DNA from: a virus | Virus record (IMG/VR): IMGVR_UViG_3300046463_000520 | Location: 1 to 64,000 of that record | Length of the DNA: 64,000 nt | Direction: 5' to 3' (one strand) | Part shown: positions 27,250 through 37,796 of the stretch, one piece after another | Layout: every line of letters begins with the position of its first letter | Numbering within the stretch: position 1 is the first letter of the stretch | Position numbers and translations under genes: made by a program | The notes under the pieces: model-generated | Seen by the model: only the letters and a program-made list of their open reading frames with translations | Databases searched by the model: none | Told to the model about the DNA's origin: nothing

Positions 27250-28676
27250 TGGCATTCACTCGCGACGAACTCATGGCGGCGCTGGAAGCGGAAGTTCAAA
27301 GCCGCCCGATGGCCGCGCTCTACTATCAGGCGGGCGACCCGCGCACGCTCGCGCAAATGGGCGCAATGGCGACCATGCTGTCGATGATTTCCGCGCAAGT
27401 GGACGTCGCGAGCACGGAACCCTTTCAGAAGACGCGCGACACGACCGTGCTCGCGGACGCGACCATGAAAGGCATCCTGCCCTTCGGACGCCCGCCGCGC
27501 ATGACGCTATCGGTCAAAAACGATGCAACGTCGTCCGTGTCCATCGCATCCGGGCGGCGACTGCTTGACGCCTTCGGGCGCGTGTACGTGGTGGAAGTGG
27601 GCGCGACCATCGCCGCAGGCGCGACAGGCGCGCTCACGGTCAAGCAAATGACCACGCGCACCTTCTCGCACACGGTAAGCGGCTCCGCGCCCTTCTACGC
27701 CGTGCAGATTCCGCCCAATGACGATACCGACCTTGTAATCAGCGGCGTGTATGTGTCCATCGGCGCGACGTCGTTCGTCTATGCGCCGGAATTCGGCAAC
27801 CTCGCCGCCGACCAACCGGGCTTCACCATCGAGACGGACGAACTGCGCCGCCTGTGGGTCAAGTTCGGATGGGACGCGACCTTCGGCGTGCAACCGGATA
27901 ACGGGCAGGTCATCAACTTCACGATTGAAGAAACGTTCGGCGCGAGCACGCTTCAGGCCGATGCGCCTTTCACGTTCGAGTCGATTGTCTCGACCACGGA
28001 CCGCAGTCTGACGATGAAGCTGTCCGCCATGATCTACCCCGGCGCGGACCCGATTGACATTGAAACGCTGCGCGAGTGGGCGCGCTATCCGTCGGGCTAT
28101 GACTCGTCGGCGGTGTATCTCGGCAACTTCGACTTCCTGATTCGTCGCAACATTTTCCCGTTCCGGTTCCTGTCCGTGTGGAACGAGCAACTTGAGGAAA
28201 GCGTGCGCGGGCCGAACATCGCGAACATCAACAAGCTGTTCGTCGCCGCTTTGATGGATGGCGTCGATACGACGTGGATGCAGAACGAAATCAAGGCCGT
28301 TGTCGCCGATGCGGACGACTCCTACGGCGTGAAGTTCGTCGCCGCCGTGGAAACGCCGCTCGCGGTCACGATCAGCGCGGAAGTGTCGGTTGTGCATGAT
28401 ACGGGCGACGTGCAGGCCAAAATTCAGGACGCCATTCTCGCGCTCTACGGGCGCGATTCCATCGCCGCGCAGCGCGGCATGTTGCGCCTGAATTCGAAGC
28501 GCCTTGCCGACACGCTCAAGTCGATTACCGCGCTTCAGGACGACGGCTCGGACGTGCGCATCACCATCGCGGACCTGTCGGCCCCGAAGCCGGAACAGTT
28601 CCGCTACGTGTCGGCGGCAAGCCTCACGGTGACGGTGACGCAGGCAACCTACAACGACGGCCAGTGGAGCCATTGA
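27249..28676 (+). CDS. Baseplate wedge protein (P1 BplA / baseplate J-like)
   Basis: EPF..TRD.TVLADA..KGILP; VKFG...G..P; GADP..IE.LR. Confidence 0.75.
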   Translation: MAFTRDELMAALEAEVQSRPMAALYYQAGDPRTLAQMGAMATMLSMISAQVDVASTEPFQKTRDTTVLADATMKGILPFGRPPRMTLSVKNDATSSVSIASGRRLLDAFGRVYVVEVGATIAAGATGALTVKQMTTRTFSHTVSGSAPFYAVQIPPNDDTDLVISGVYVSIGATSFVYAPEFGNLAADQPGFTIETDELRRLWVKFGWDATFGVQPDNGQVINFTIEETFGASTLQADAPFTFESIVSTTDRSLTMKLSAMIYPGADPIDIETLREWARYPSGYDSSAVYLGNFDFLIRRNIFPFRFLSVWNEQLEESVRGPNIANINKLFVAALMDGVDTTWMQNEIKAVVADADDSYGVKFVAAVETPLAVTISAEVSVVHDTGDVQAKIQDAILALYGRDSIAAQRGMLRLNSKRLADTLKSITALQDDGSDVRITIADLSAPKPEQFRYVSAASLTVTVTQATYNDGQWSH

Positions 28677-28677
28677 C

Positions 28678-30063
28678 GTGAGCACGGATATCCGCCCCGT
28701 CGATGCGCCCGACCTGCAACCGCTGCGCAACTCGTTCGAGTACGATCAATTGGAAGACGACATGAAAGACGTCTTCCTGACCGTATTCGATCAGTACATT
28801 CGCCCGTTCGAGCGACAGGTGAATCTTTCGGGTATGCCGCACTTGGGCGACACGGAACTGATTGAGCGCACGCTGAAGGACTACGGCTTGGCTATCGTGC
28901 GGCGCGATGCGACGCGCACGGCCTTTTTGCTGAAGGCCGCGCGCGCCCGCAATCCCCGGCGCGGGATGCTGTTTCTCAAGCAATACCTGCAATCGGTATG
29001 GCCGGGCGTGTGGAAGGTCGAGTCGCTATGGCATCCGGTGGCGACCGCCGTCAACTACCCGGAAGAATGCACGCCGCTCACGACGGTGCAACTCGACCCG
29101 ACGACCGTTGCGGTGTTCAAGACCGATACCGGCGAAGACCTGCCCGACGTGTACCGCACGGACTGGCGCGGCAAGCATCAACTGTTCAGCACGCCGCGCA
29201 CGAACCGCTGCCTTAGCTCCGAAGACTTCACTTCGACCAATTGGACGAAGGCAAGTGTTGGCGTCACGGCGGCGGCAATCACCGCGCCCGACGGCACGAT
29301 GACCGGCACGCGCCTTGTGCCGACCGCAGGCAACGCGCAACACGCCGTTACATGCAAGTCGATTGCCTATGAAGCGGGCAAGACCTATACCGTGGGCGTG
29401 TTCGCGCGCCCTGACACGCTCAACGGCCTGTATCTGAACCTCGCCGACGCGCAGTTCGGCACGAACAATTCGCACGCAGCGTTCGATCTGGTCAACAAGA
29501 CCGCAATCACGCTGCTGCCGGGCGCGAGCGCGTCGATTGTCGATGCCGGGAACGGATGGCTGTGCTGCCTCTTTACGGCGACCTGCCTCACAAGCGGCTC
29601 GACCGGCACGACCATCTATCTCGCGCAGAAATTCGACGGCGCGTTCGGCAACACGACGTATAACGCCGATGGCACGAGCGGGCTGTATGTATGGGGCGGC
29701 ATGAGTATCGAAGGCCCGGCATCGGGCTACATCAAGACGACGACCGTCGCCGCGTCATTCACCGATTTCACGGTCGATGCAAACGGCATCGCGACCTTCG
29801 CCGAAGGCGGCACGCCGCCCGCGCCGCTCGTGTACTTCCGAACCGGCCGTATCCGTATCACCCTGCCTGTCTCCGTCGATAACGGCTTGGGGCTGGTAGA
29901 AATCGCCAAGGCATTTCGCTCGACGCTTGCCGCGCGACTCATGCTCGAACTGCAACTCTCGACCGTCTTCGAATCGCTCGGACAGGCAAGCGGCGGGCTG
30001 TCCCTCGCGGGCGGCGCGCTTGGCTGTATGCCGATTCTCGTCGGCGGCACTCTCACGAAGTAA
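28678..30063 (+). CDS. Baseplate protein (P1 gp16-like) with inserted beta-sandwich domain
   Basis: RRGMLFLKQYLQSVWP N-domain; RTN...APDGT...YVWG...YIKT insert; RIRITL C-segment. Confidence 0.65.
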   Translation: MSTDIRPVDAPDLQPLRNSFEYDQLEDDMKDVFLTVFDQYIRPFERQVNLSGMPHLGDTELIERTLKDYGLAIVRRDATRTAFLLKAARARNPRRGMLFLKQYLQSVWPGVWKVESLWHPVATAVNYPEECTPLTTVQLDPTTVAVFKTDTGEDLPDVYRTDWRGKHQLFSTPRTNRCLSSEDFTSTNWTKASVGVTAAAITAPDGTMTGTRLVPTAGNAQHAVTCKSIAYEAGKTYTVGVFARPDTLNGLYLNLADAQFGTNNSHAAFDLVNKTAITLLPGASASIVDAGNGWLCCLFTATCLTSGSTGTTIYLAQKFDGAFGNTTYNADGTSGLYVWGGMSIEGPASGYIKTTTVAASFTDFTVDANGIATFAEGGTPPAPLVYFRTGRIRITLPVSVDNGLGLVEIAKAFRSTLAARLMLELQLSTVFESLGQASGGLSLAGGALGCMPILVGGTLTK

Positions 30064-30073
30064 AGGGATCATC

Positions 30074-30940
30074 ATGGGAAAGAAGACCGGCAAAATCGTC
30101 TATAACGTGCGCGAGCGCGGGCGTAAATTCATCGGGCAGGACCGCAATATCGACTGCCGCGCGCTCGCGGCGCTCGTGAATGGCAACGAGATTCAGGAGC
30201 GGGTCAAGAATCGCGACCTGCGCGGCTTCTACGGCCATATCCTGCGCATGAAATTCGGGTTCAACCCGCCCGAAACCGTCATCGACAAGGAAAGCGGCAA
30301 GGTCGTGAATATCGAACCCGCCATCGTCACGACGCACCTTTCGGCGGACGACGACGGCAACGTGACGCACGAAGCGGAATTTCTCGACACTGAATCCGGC
30401 GAACTCGCGCAACGCCTGTTCGAATCGAAGCAGGGCGGCTTCTCGTCGGCGATTTTCGCGAAGCCCCACGCGGGCATCGACGTGCCGATCATGTTCGGCG
30501 GCTTTGATTACGTTGCGGAACCGAACTACACGACCAATCGCGGCTATATGTTCGATGCGGTCGAAGGCGGCGGCATGGACGGCTTGATGCTCGATGCCGT
30601 GCTCGCGGACTGGACGATGGCGCAAGGCGCGCACCGCGCGCTGTATGACTCGCTCGTGCGCGACCACGAACTGGCGATGCAATCCATTCAGGCGCTTCGC
30701 GAAGAAAACGAAGAACTCATGTCGATCCTCTCGCGCAAGCCCGATGCGGGCGGCGTGGTCGTGCTCGATGGCGTCGATGCCACGCGCCCGCTGATTGTCT
30801 CGAAGACCGCAAGCGATGCCCTGTCGCGCCGCGTGCGCTCGTTCGAGCGTGGCACGGTCGTGGACTTCGAAGCGGAACCGAAGGACGACCCGAAAGAAGA
30901 CGCCGCCCTGCGCGCCGCCAAGCAACAGTACGGGGTCTAA
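30074..30940 (+). CDS. pro: Prohead (head-processing) protease, P1 Pro-like
   Basis: GFYGH, THEAEFLDTESG, GGFSSA, GFDYVAEPNY. Confidence 0.75.
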   Translation: MGKKTGKIVYNVRERGRKFIGQDRNIDCRALAALVNGNEIQERVKNRDLRGFYGHILRMKFGFNPPETVIDKESGKVVNIEPAIVTTHLSADDDGNVTHEAEFLDTESGELAQRLFESKQGGFSSAIFAKPHAGIDVPIMFGGFDYVAEPNYTTNRGYMFDAVEGGGMDGLMLDAVLADWTMAQGAHRALYDSLVRDHELAMQSIQALREENEELMSILSRKPDAGGVVVLDGVDATRPLIVSKTASDALSRRVRSFERGTVVDFEAEPKDDPKEDAALRAAKQQYGV

Positions 30941-31729
30941 ATGTCGCTGCTCACGCCCATTCAACTCGGCCTGTCGGCGTACATGATTGGCTATCACCAA
31001 TCGCTCATTGCCGACACGCAGTTCGTGCAGGAATTCGCCGCGCGCCCCGTCGCCAAGTCGATTGTGTGGGCGGCGGGCCGCATGATTGACAGCGTGGAAG
31101 ACATGCTGAAGTCGTGGCGGCAGAACGAGAACAACCCCGGTCCCGGCATGTCGTCCATGCTGCCGGTCATCTTTCTGGCGCTCGACCGCAATTACATGCC
31201 GGTGCTGCCGGAATATTCGGTTGCCGTGCCGGAAACGCCCTTCGTGTTCCCTGACGACGAGCTAGGCCGCGTCTATCACTGCTCGACGGTCACGAACGAA
31301 TACAAGGTGCAGGTCGTCTTCGTCGCGCCGGAAATGCAGACGGCACACTCGCTGCTCGTGCAGTGGCATACGTGGTTGACGCAAGGCCCGGCAGGTCGGC
31401 GCTTCTACAGCGAATACGAATTCGCCGGGTTCAAGACGAAGTGGCCCTGCGTGCTCGAAGCCATCGATCCGCCCGGCGTGGTCAACGCCATCGAGCAACC
31501 GAACATCACGATTCTCGTGTCGGACATGACCGTGCGCGCGACCGTGCCGCGCTTTCGTGCGCCGGGCGCGGGGCAACAGAACGACGGCAAGGCCGCGCCC
31601 GCTGGCTACCCGGTCGTCATCGACATTGAATCGCTCGGCACGCTCGAAGGCGCGCTCGGCACGCATACCGGCTCCCGTATCAGCACGCGGCTCGATGACG
31701 CGGGCGAAATCATTCAGGAATGGTCGTGA
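30941..31729 (+). CDS. Tail completion/terminator-like protein (P1 gp24-like)
   Basis: Size, context and MLKSWRQNE...LPVIFL pattern. Confidence 0.5.
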   Translation: MSLLTPIQLGLSAYMIGYHQSLIADTQFVQEFAARPVAKSIVWAAGRMIDSVEDMLKSWRQNENNPGPGMSSMLPVIFLALDRNYMPVLPEYSVAVPETPFVFPDDELGRVYHCSTVTNEYKVQVVFVAPEMQTAHSLLVQWHTWLTQGPAGRRFYSEYEFAGFKTKWPCVLEAIDPPGVVNAIEQPNITILVSDMTVRATVPRFRAPGAGQQNDGKAAPAGYPVVIDIESLGTLEGALGTHTGSRISTRLDDAGEIIQEWS

Positions 31730-32187
31730 GCGAAATCGTCACCATGCAGGCCGAAATCGTCGGCTACTTCGGGCAGGCCGTGAACCTGCGCGCGATGCTC
31801 GACCCGTCGAGCGGGTTCATCATCATTTCGGATGAACTCGCGCAAGGTGAGCGGGTTCCCGGCGCGCTCATGGTCACGAACGACCCGCGCGGGGAACGCG
31901 ACCGCCTGTTCGTGGAAGAAGCCTTCCAAGACGCGATACGCCAGTTCTACAGCGCAAAGCATACGGGCCTGCTCGAAATCATGTCCGCTGTCGCCAAGCA
32001 CGACCCGCAAGCGCGCATCCAGACGGCGGGCTTCAACGAGTCGGGCACGCGCTACGAACTGTCGCCCGATACGACCAACGGCAACGTCGCGATTCTCGCG
32101 CTCGTGAATGCCGCGACGATCACGCTCAAAGCCAATGACGCGATGGACATGGGCGAAGAAATGGCGGCGATGTTCCTGTCGATCTGA
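31720..32187 (+). CDS. Hypothetical late protein
   Basis: Coupled ORF in the morphogenesis operon. Confidence 0.65.
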   Translation: MVVSEIVTMQAEIVGYFGQAVNLRAMLDPSSGFIIISDELAQGERVPGALMVTNDPRGERDRLFVEEAFQDAIRQFYSAKHTGLLEIMSAVAKHDPQARIQTAGFNESGTRYELSPDTTNGNVAILALVNAATITLKANDAMDMGEEMAAMFLSI

Positions 32188-32201
32188 CGGGTGACGTGAC
32201 A

Positions 32202-32244
32202 TAGGAAAACGCAAGGCGGCGCGCGCAGGAACGCCGCTGAGAAT
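32202..32244 (+). promoter_or_regulatory. Late-promoter motif copy
   Basis: TAGGAAAACGC; GAGAAT at 32239-32244. Confidence 0.75.
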
Positions 32245-32271
32245 GGTTCCAGTGCTTTCATTGGAACCATC

Positions 32272-34524
32272 GTGCCGATTGCTCTTAACCCCAAAATCAC
32301 GAAAGCGGCGCTCGCGCTCGCGCCTAACGGCGGCGGGACGGGCTTCGCAATCACGCTCACGCACATCGCCATCGGGACGAGCCTGTACGACCCGACCGGC
32401 AATGAAATCGCGCTGAAAAACGAAGTCGCCCGCTACCCTATCGGCGGCGGCTCGAAGCCTACGCCGACGTCGGTTCAGACCGGCGTCACGATCACGGACA
32501 CGGACCCGAACGGCAAGTCGCCCAATGGCCTGTCCATCGGCGAAATCGGCTGGTTCGGCGTGCCGTCGGCGAATCCGGGCGCAACCCCTACCCTGTGCGC
32601 GGTATGGTCGCGCGCGACGGGCGGCGCGCTGTTCGTGAAGTCGGCGAACTTCGACGTGCCGTTCGCGTACACGATGGACATTTCCGCGTTCCCTGACGGG
32701 AATGTGAGCGTGACCGTCGGCGTCGATCCGCAAGGCATGGCGACGCTTATCCTTCAGCACGCCGCGCAAGCGGACCCGCACACGCAATATGTGCTCAAGG
32801 CGCGCGGGCTTGGCGAATACGCCGCAGGCACGACCTACGGCATCGGCGCGAAGGTGACGGGGCCGGACAACAAGACGTACCGCTCTATCGTCGCGAACAA
32901 TACCGGCAACACGCCGTCTGCGTCGCCGACGAAATGGGAGCGATGGGGTCATTCGGTCGCGGAAATGGACGCGGAATTCGTGCCCAAGCGCACCGCCGTG
33001 CAGATGGGTTCCGCGAACGCGCTTGGCGTGCTGCGCGTGACGAACCCCGACGGCGGTATCTATGCGGGTTCCGGCACGGCAAACAAGGGCGCGGTGCGCG
33101 TGGTGTTCCCGACCGGCACGCAGGTGAAGGACACGTATATCCGCCTGCGCGTGGAATTCTTCGAAAGCACGGACCGCAAGGCATTCACCGCCGAAATCGC
33201 GGGCCATGTCGGGACCACGCTCGCGTGGGATAGCTGCCAAGCGGCGATCCTCGGACAGACCGCTGCGAACGACCTGACGGTGCGCTTCGGCAACGACGGC
33301 ACGAAGCCCTGCATTCTGATTGGCGATACGACGACCACTTGGGCGACCCCGCGCGTCGCGGTCACGGAAGTCTTCGTTTCGCAGAACGCCGACGGCGGCG
33401 ACTCCGTTCTGTGGGCGTCGGGATGGTCTGTCGGCCTTGTGACGGCGCTTGGCGCTATCTCGCAGACGCTCAACGTCGTCGCGGGCAGCGGCTCCAATCT
33501 CGTGTTCGGTCAGACTGACGTCAACCACGTCGCGGGCCTCGCCGACATTCTCGCAACCAAACAGGGCGGGCTTGGCTTCACGCCCGTTCAACAGGGTAGC
33601 GGCGTCGGGCAAGGCAACAACAAGGTCTATATCGGATGGGCGTCGGATGGTTCCGGCCTGAAAGCGACCGTCGATGCGACCGACTTGGGCGGCATTGCCC
33701 TGCTCAATAGCCCGGCCTTCAACGGCTCGCCGACGGCTCCGACGGCCCCGGCAGGCGCGGAAGACCTGCGCCTTGCAAACACGGCCTTTGTGACGGCGGC
33801 GATTCGCGCCGCGCAACTCGGCATCATCGTGTTCGAGCCGCGCCTGACGCCCCGCGCGGGCTACCTGCTGTGCAACGGCGTGGAACTCTCGCGCACGACC
33901 TACGCGGCGCTGTGGGCGGCGGTGCAGGCGGGCGGCTTGGTGTTCCAAGACTCTGACTGGAAAGCGGCCTATTGGGGCGGCTTCTCCTACGGGACGGGCG
34001 GCGTCAATGGCACGACCTTCCGTATCCCTGAACTGCGCGGCGAATTCCTGCGCTGCCATGACTTCGGGCGCGGTCGCGATTCGGGCCGTCCGTATCCGGG
34101 TCACTTCCAAGGCGGACAGAACGCCAGTCACGCGCACGGCGGCGCGGTCGCGGCGGTGGGCGACCACGTACACGGCGCATGGACCGACGCGCAGGGCTAT
34201 CACGCGCACTCAGGCTCGACCTACGGCGCGGGCTATCACGACCACGGACAACCGAACGCGGGTTCCGCGCAGGCCGGTAGCGATAACGGCGGTGTCGGTG
34301 TGGCGGTCGCGACCGGCTACGGCACGTCGCGCACGCAGGGCAACGTCTATGCCGTGGGCGATCACGCGCACTCGCTTGCCATCGACGCCAACGGCTCGCA
34401 CGGCCATAACGTCGGCATCGGCGGCGCGGGCACGCACGCGCACGGTTTGACCATCTACGCGGATGGTGGCAACGAGCCGCGCCCGCACAACGTTTCCATC
34501 GGCGCGTTCCTGCGCGTCATCTAA
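32272..34524 (+). CDS. Main tail fibre (CBM5/12-like module, collar domain, HxH needle tip)
   Basis: HAAQADPHTQY; GYLLCNG..SRTTYAALW; FRIPELRGEFLR; seven HxH motifs; EPRPHNV. Confidence 0.9.
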   Translation: MPIALNPKITKAALALAPNGGGTGFAITLTHIAIGTSLYDPTGNEIALKNEVARYPIGGGSKPTPTSVQTGVTITDTDPNGKSPNGLSIGEIGWFGVPSANPGATPTLCAVWSRATGGALFVKSANFDVPFAYTMDISAFPDGNVSVTVGVDPQGMATLILQHAAQADPHTQYVLKARGLGEYAAGTTYGIGAKVTGPDNKTYRSIVANNTGNTPSASPTKWERWGHSVAEMDAEFVPKRTAVQMGSANALGVLRVTNPDGGIYAGSGTANKGAVRVVFPTGTQVKDTYIRLRVEFFESTDRKAFTAEIAGHVGTTLAWDSCQAAILGQTAANDLTVRFGNDGTKPCILIGDTTTTWATPRVAVTEVFVSQNADGGDSVLWASGWSVGLVTALGAISQTLNVVAGSGSNLVFGQTDVNHVAGLADILATKQGGLGFTPVQQGSGVGQGNNKVYIGWASDGSGLKATVDATDLGGIALLNSPAFNGSPTAPTAPAGAEDLRLANTAFVTAAIRAAQLGIIVFEPRLTPRAGYLLCNGVELSRTTYAALWAAVQAGGLVFQDSDWKAAYWGGFSYGTGGVNGTTFRIPELRGEFLRCHDFGRGRDSGRPYPGHFQGGQNASHAHGGAVAAVGDHVHGAWTDAQGYHAHSGSTYGAGYHDHGQPNAGSAQAGSDNGGVGVAVATGYGTSRTQGNVYAVGDHAHSLAIDANGSHGHNVGIGGAGTHAHGLTIYADGGNEPRPHNVSIGAFLRVI

Positions 34525-34535
34525 GGACTTCCACC

Positions 34536-35291
34536 ATGTACGTTCATAACTACGACGCTCGCACTGGCGAATACACGACGAGCCAACTCGCCTCGCCCGA
34601 CCCGCTCGACGCGAACAACTGGCTGATTCCCGCCTTCGCGACGAACGTCACGCCGCCCGAACGCCCGCGCGGTCAGTGGCCCTTCTTCGACCCCGCCATC
34701 GGTGCGTGGACGCTGCGTGCCGACTGGCGTTCCATCGTGCTCTATCGCACGGACAACGGCGAACTGACGGAAATTTTCGCGGTCGGCGTGACGCCTGAAG
34801 AAGTCGGACTGACGACGGACCCGCGCCCGACGGAAGACCACGTATTCAAAGACGGCGCATGGCAACTGGACGATGCCAAGGTGCTCGCGCGCCGCCGCGC
34901 CGGTTTCATGGAACAGGTCGATATCCGCATGAAACGCGCGCAGCAAGAGAACTACGGCAAGGGCGACGCGCTCACGCTCGGACTGCTCACGCCGCTCGAA
35001 GCCGCCATGTACCGCGCGTGGAGCGAGTATCAGATGGCGCTCGTGCGCCTGACGCAAAACGCCGACTTCACGCGCGAGATTCAATGGCCTGACCTGCCGG
35101 ACGCGGACGCCGTGCGCGCCGCCGTGGACGCCGAAGAAGCCGACAAGCAACGCCTGAAGGACGAGGAAGCCGCGCGCGCCGCCGCGCTCGCCGCGCAGGA
35201 AGAAGAACGCGCCGCTGCCATCGCGCGCAATGACGCGCTTGTGGCCGAACAGGAAGCGGCGAAGGCCGCAGAACAGGCCGCGAAGGAATAA
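34536..35291 (+). CDS. Tail fibre assembly chaperone
   Basis: YNYD..TGEY...LIPAFAT...PP...W...DWR; WPDLP. Confidence 0.85.
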   Translation: MYVHNYDARTGEYTTSQLASPDPLDANNWLIPAFATNVTPPERPRGQWPFFDPAIGAWTLRADWRSIVLYRTDNGELTEIFAVGVTPEEVGLTTDPRPTEDHVFKDGAWQLDDAKVLARRRAGFMEQVDIRMKRAQQENYGKGDALTLGLLTPLEAAMYRAWSEYQMALVRLTQNADFTREIQWPDLPDADAVRAAVDAEEADKQRLKDEEAARAAALAAQEEERAAAIARNDALVAEQEAAKAAEQAAKE

Positions 35292-35294
35292 GCG

Positions 35295-35612
35295 ATGCCC
35301 GCCGAAACCGCAACCGCCGCATTCGTGCGGGCTATCCGCAAGTTCGCCGTTCAGACGCCCGTATGGGCGGATGCGATTCGCTATTACACGAAGCCCGACG
35401 AGCTACTTGATTTAACGCTCGTCGCGTTCCGGGTCTATGGCGACCGCACGCTGTCTATCGTGCCGTTCGCGGCGGCGGGACTCGACACGTTCGAACAGGC
35501 GCTTCCGGCGCAACTGCTCGTCATGCCGACGACCGCGCAACTGGCGGACCTGAAGAAGCAAACCGGCTATCTCACTGACGCGGAAAAAGCCGCGTATGGG
35601 TCACTCGACTAA
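35295..35612 (+). CDS. Baseplate protein (P1 gp26-like, LysM-like)
   Basis: YYTKPDE..DLTLVA.RVYG...AAAG. Confidence 0.65.
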   Translation: MPAETATAAFVRAIRKFAVQTPVWADAIRYYTKPDELLDLTLVAFRVYGDRTLSIVPFAAAGLDTFEQALPAQLLVMPTTAQLADLKKQTGYLTDAEKAAYGSLD

Positions 35613-36724
35613 TGGCAACGTCACACGAGCGGGTCAAGCTCGCGCAGGATATCGTCAAGCGCACGACGCAGCGCTTGAGCGGCGCGCGCAAGGAAGCGGA
35701 ACACCGCGCGCAGGCGGACCTAGACCGCCGCAAGGCCGCGACCACGATCCTCAACCCCGACGAAGTATCGGGGCTGTATGACGCGGGGCGACTGCTTACG
35801 ACGTCGCTGCGTGGCGACGTGCGCGCGATCACGCAGGCGGACCTGCGCGCGTTCCAGCAAAACGTCTCGAACTTCAAAAAGCTGCATCAGACGAAAAAGC
35901 GCGGCAAGCCCGCGCAGTTCGTCGGCGGCATCACCGCGCAGCATGTCATCGACTTGGCGCTGTGGATTGATAAGAAGCGCGCCAACGAGGAAATCCGCAC
36001 GTCGGTCCCGGTCGGCGTGAAGGCGAACGTGCTTCACTTCGTCACCAATGCCGGGCCGGACTCGGACAAGATGCGTCACCATGTCCACGTCGAATTCATC
36101 GACTTCGAACAGGCGGTCGGCGCGTCATCGCTCGATGCGCGCAAGACGGGCAAGCAAATCGCCAATGGGCGGCTGAAGTTCGATTGCGACTGCGGGCGGC
36201 ATACCTTCTGGTATCGCTACATGGCGACCATCGGCGAATACAACTACGGGCGGTCTGAAACCGGCTTTCCGAAGCTGAAAAATCCGAAGCTCGTCGGCGT
36301 CGCGTGCAAGCATGTTCTGCGCACGATGCACAACATTCAGAAGGACGCCGCGATCCACAAGCGGCTCTATCAGCAAGTTCTGAAGCAACGCGAAACGCTC
36401 GACCGCAACGCCGCGAAGTATGAGAAGGTCAAGGTCGCGGAAGTGCGCGCGCACGGCGAGAAGCAAGCCGCTCGCGGGCGCTCGGCAAACCTTCGCATGG
36501 GTCAGTCGAAAGAGTACGCGGCGGCGCAACTGAAGAAGGCCGCGCAGACGATGGCGCGGCGCGCGGCAGACAAGGCCCGGCGCGACCTGTCGCCCGACCA
36601 ACGCCGCGCGCAGGCGGACGCGCGCAAGGCGCTCGCGGGCTTGCAACAGGCTTTGAAATTCGGCGGTATCACGCAGGCGCAATATGACGCGCTCGCCGCC
36701 AACCTTGGAGTAAAGACGAAATGA
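35612..36724 (+). CDS. P1 gp25-like protein with SWIM-type Zn finger
   Basis: CDCGRHTFWYRY...NPKLVGVACKH. Confidence 0.65.
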   Translation: MATSHERVKLAQDIVKRTTQRLSGARKEAEHRAQADLDRRKAATTILNPDEVSGLYDAGRLLTTSLRGDVRAITQADLRAFQQNVSNFKKLHQTKKRGKPAQFVGGITAQHVIDLALWIDKKRANEEIRTSVPVGVKANVLHFVTNAGPDSDKMRHHVHVEFIDFEQAVGASSLDARKTGKQIANGRLKFDCDCGRHTFWYRYMATIGEYNYGRSETGFPKLKNPKLVGVACKHVLRTMHNIQKDAAIHKRLYQQVLKQRETLDRNAAKYEKVKVAEVRAHGEKQAARGRSANLRMGQSKEYAAAQLKKAAQTMARRAADKARRDLSPDQRRAQADARKALAGLQQALKFGGITQAQYDALAANLGVKTK

Positions 36725-37206
36725 CGGTTCCCGATATCGCCCGGCGCATCAACGAAGCGGCGAACGCTGTGACGCTCAAGCATCCGTTCGCGCTCGATTG
36801 CACGATCTATCGCAAGGTCGTGAAGCGCGCCGCCGACGGCACAATGGGCGGTGCGCCCACGCTTGGCGGCTTGGGCGTGCTTTCGCCTGACGACGAAGAC
36901 CAATTCGAGTATGAGGAAGTCGGGGAAGCGAAGCTGCTGATTACGGACCGCTTCGAAGGCGACATTGATACGACGGACCGGGAAGACGGCTATGTGCCGC
37001 CCGCGATGCAACAGGCCAATATCGTCGCGACGTCGCTCCCGGCCTTCGTGATTGAGAAATACGACGTCGCGGCGGCGATGCCGGGCGGCGGGGTCGTCAT
37101 CGCATTTGAAATCCTGCGCCTGCCGACGACGACGAGCATCTATCCCTACACGACGAAGTTTGTCATCGCACCGCGCGACGACCTGCACACGCTCATTCCG
37201 GCGTGA
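36721..37206 (+). CDS. Putative head-tail joining protein
   Basis: Late operon context; HPFALDCTIYRK. Confidence 0.5.
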   Translation: MTVPDIARRINEAANAVTLKHPFALDCTIYRKVVKRAADGTMGGAPTLGGLGVLSPDDEDQFEYEEVGEAKLLITDRFEGDIDTTDREDGYVPPAMQQANIVATSLPAFVIEKYDVAAAMPGGGVVIAFEILRLPTTTSIYPYTTKFVIAPRDDLHTLIPA

Positions 37207-37507
37207 CTGCCGCGCTGCCTGTCGGGTTCCGCAGCAAGCCGAAGTCGGCACCCTTGCGAATGACCTGCGGGCGAAAGCGCGGCGGCACGTCGCGCAGGTC
37301 GAAGGCTTCCGGCACGACGAGCACGCTGCCCGCCTCCAAGTCGCAACCGTGGGCGACGGCGAACGCCTGAAACTGCGCCTCCCAATCGACCATCATCTTA
37401 TTGACCTGCGCGATGGACTTCTGAAACTGTTCGATGGTCGGCGTCTTCACGTTCTCGTGTGCGCCGACGGTCGCGGTTGCGCCCGCGAAGGTGTTATGCC
37501 GCAGCAT
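37193..37507 (-). CDS. Hypothetical protein
   Basis: End of the - strand early operon. Confidence 0.5.
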   Translation of the reverse strand: MLRHNTFAGATATVGAHENVKTPTIEQFQKSIAQVNKMMVDWEAQFQAFAVAHGCDLEAGSVLVVPEAFDLRDVPPRFRPQVIRKGADFGLLRNPTGSAAVTPE

Positions 37508-37787
37508 TCTGTTCCTCCAAAATCGCTTTCTTCAACATGCCGTGTTTGCGCTCGCTCATGCCCTGCGCCTGCGCGACCCATACGAGTGCCTCGCTCACAA
37601 TCGCGGCGACGTCGGCGCGCTCGCCTGCTTTTTCCTGCTGTTCGAGCATGAACCGCAGGGCCGCGTTCGCCTCGGGCGAAAGCCATGCGGTCAGGCGCGA
37701 TTCGCCGCGCGCCTTGCGGTCGGCATCGCTTTTCTGCCGCCGCTGTAGCGGCGTCATCGCTTCGTCGTAAATTCTCTGTCGCGACAT
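37494..37787 (-). CDS. Ribbon-helix-helix-like DNA-binding protein
   Basis: MTPLQRRQKS..RKARGESRLTAWLSPEA. Confidence 0.55.
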   Translation of the reverse strand: MSRQRIYDEAMTPLQRRQKSDADRKARGESRLTAWLSPEANAALRFMLEQQEKAGERADVAAIVSEALVWVAQAQGMSERKHGMLKKAILEEQNAAA

Positions 37788-37796
37788 GATCGTTCC

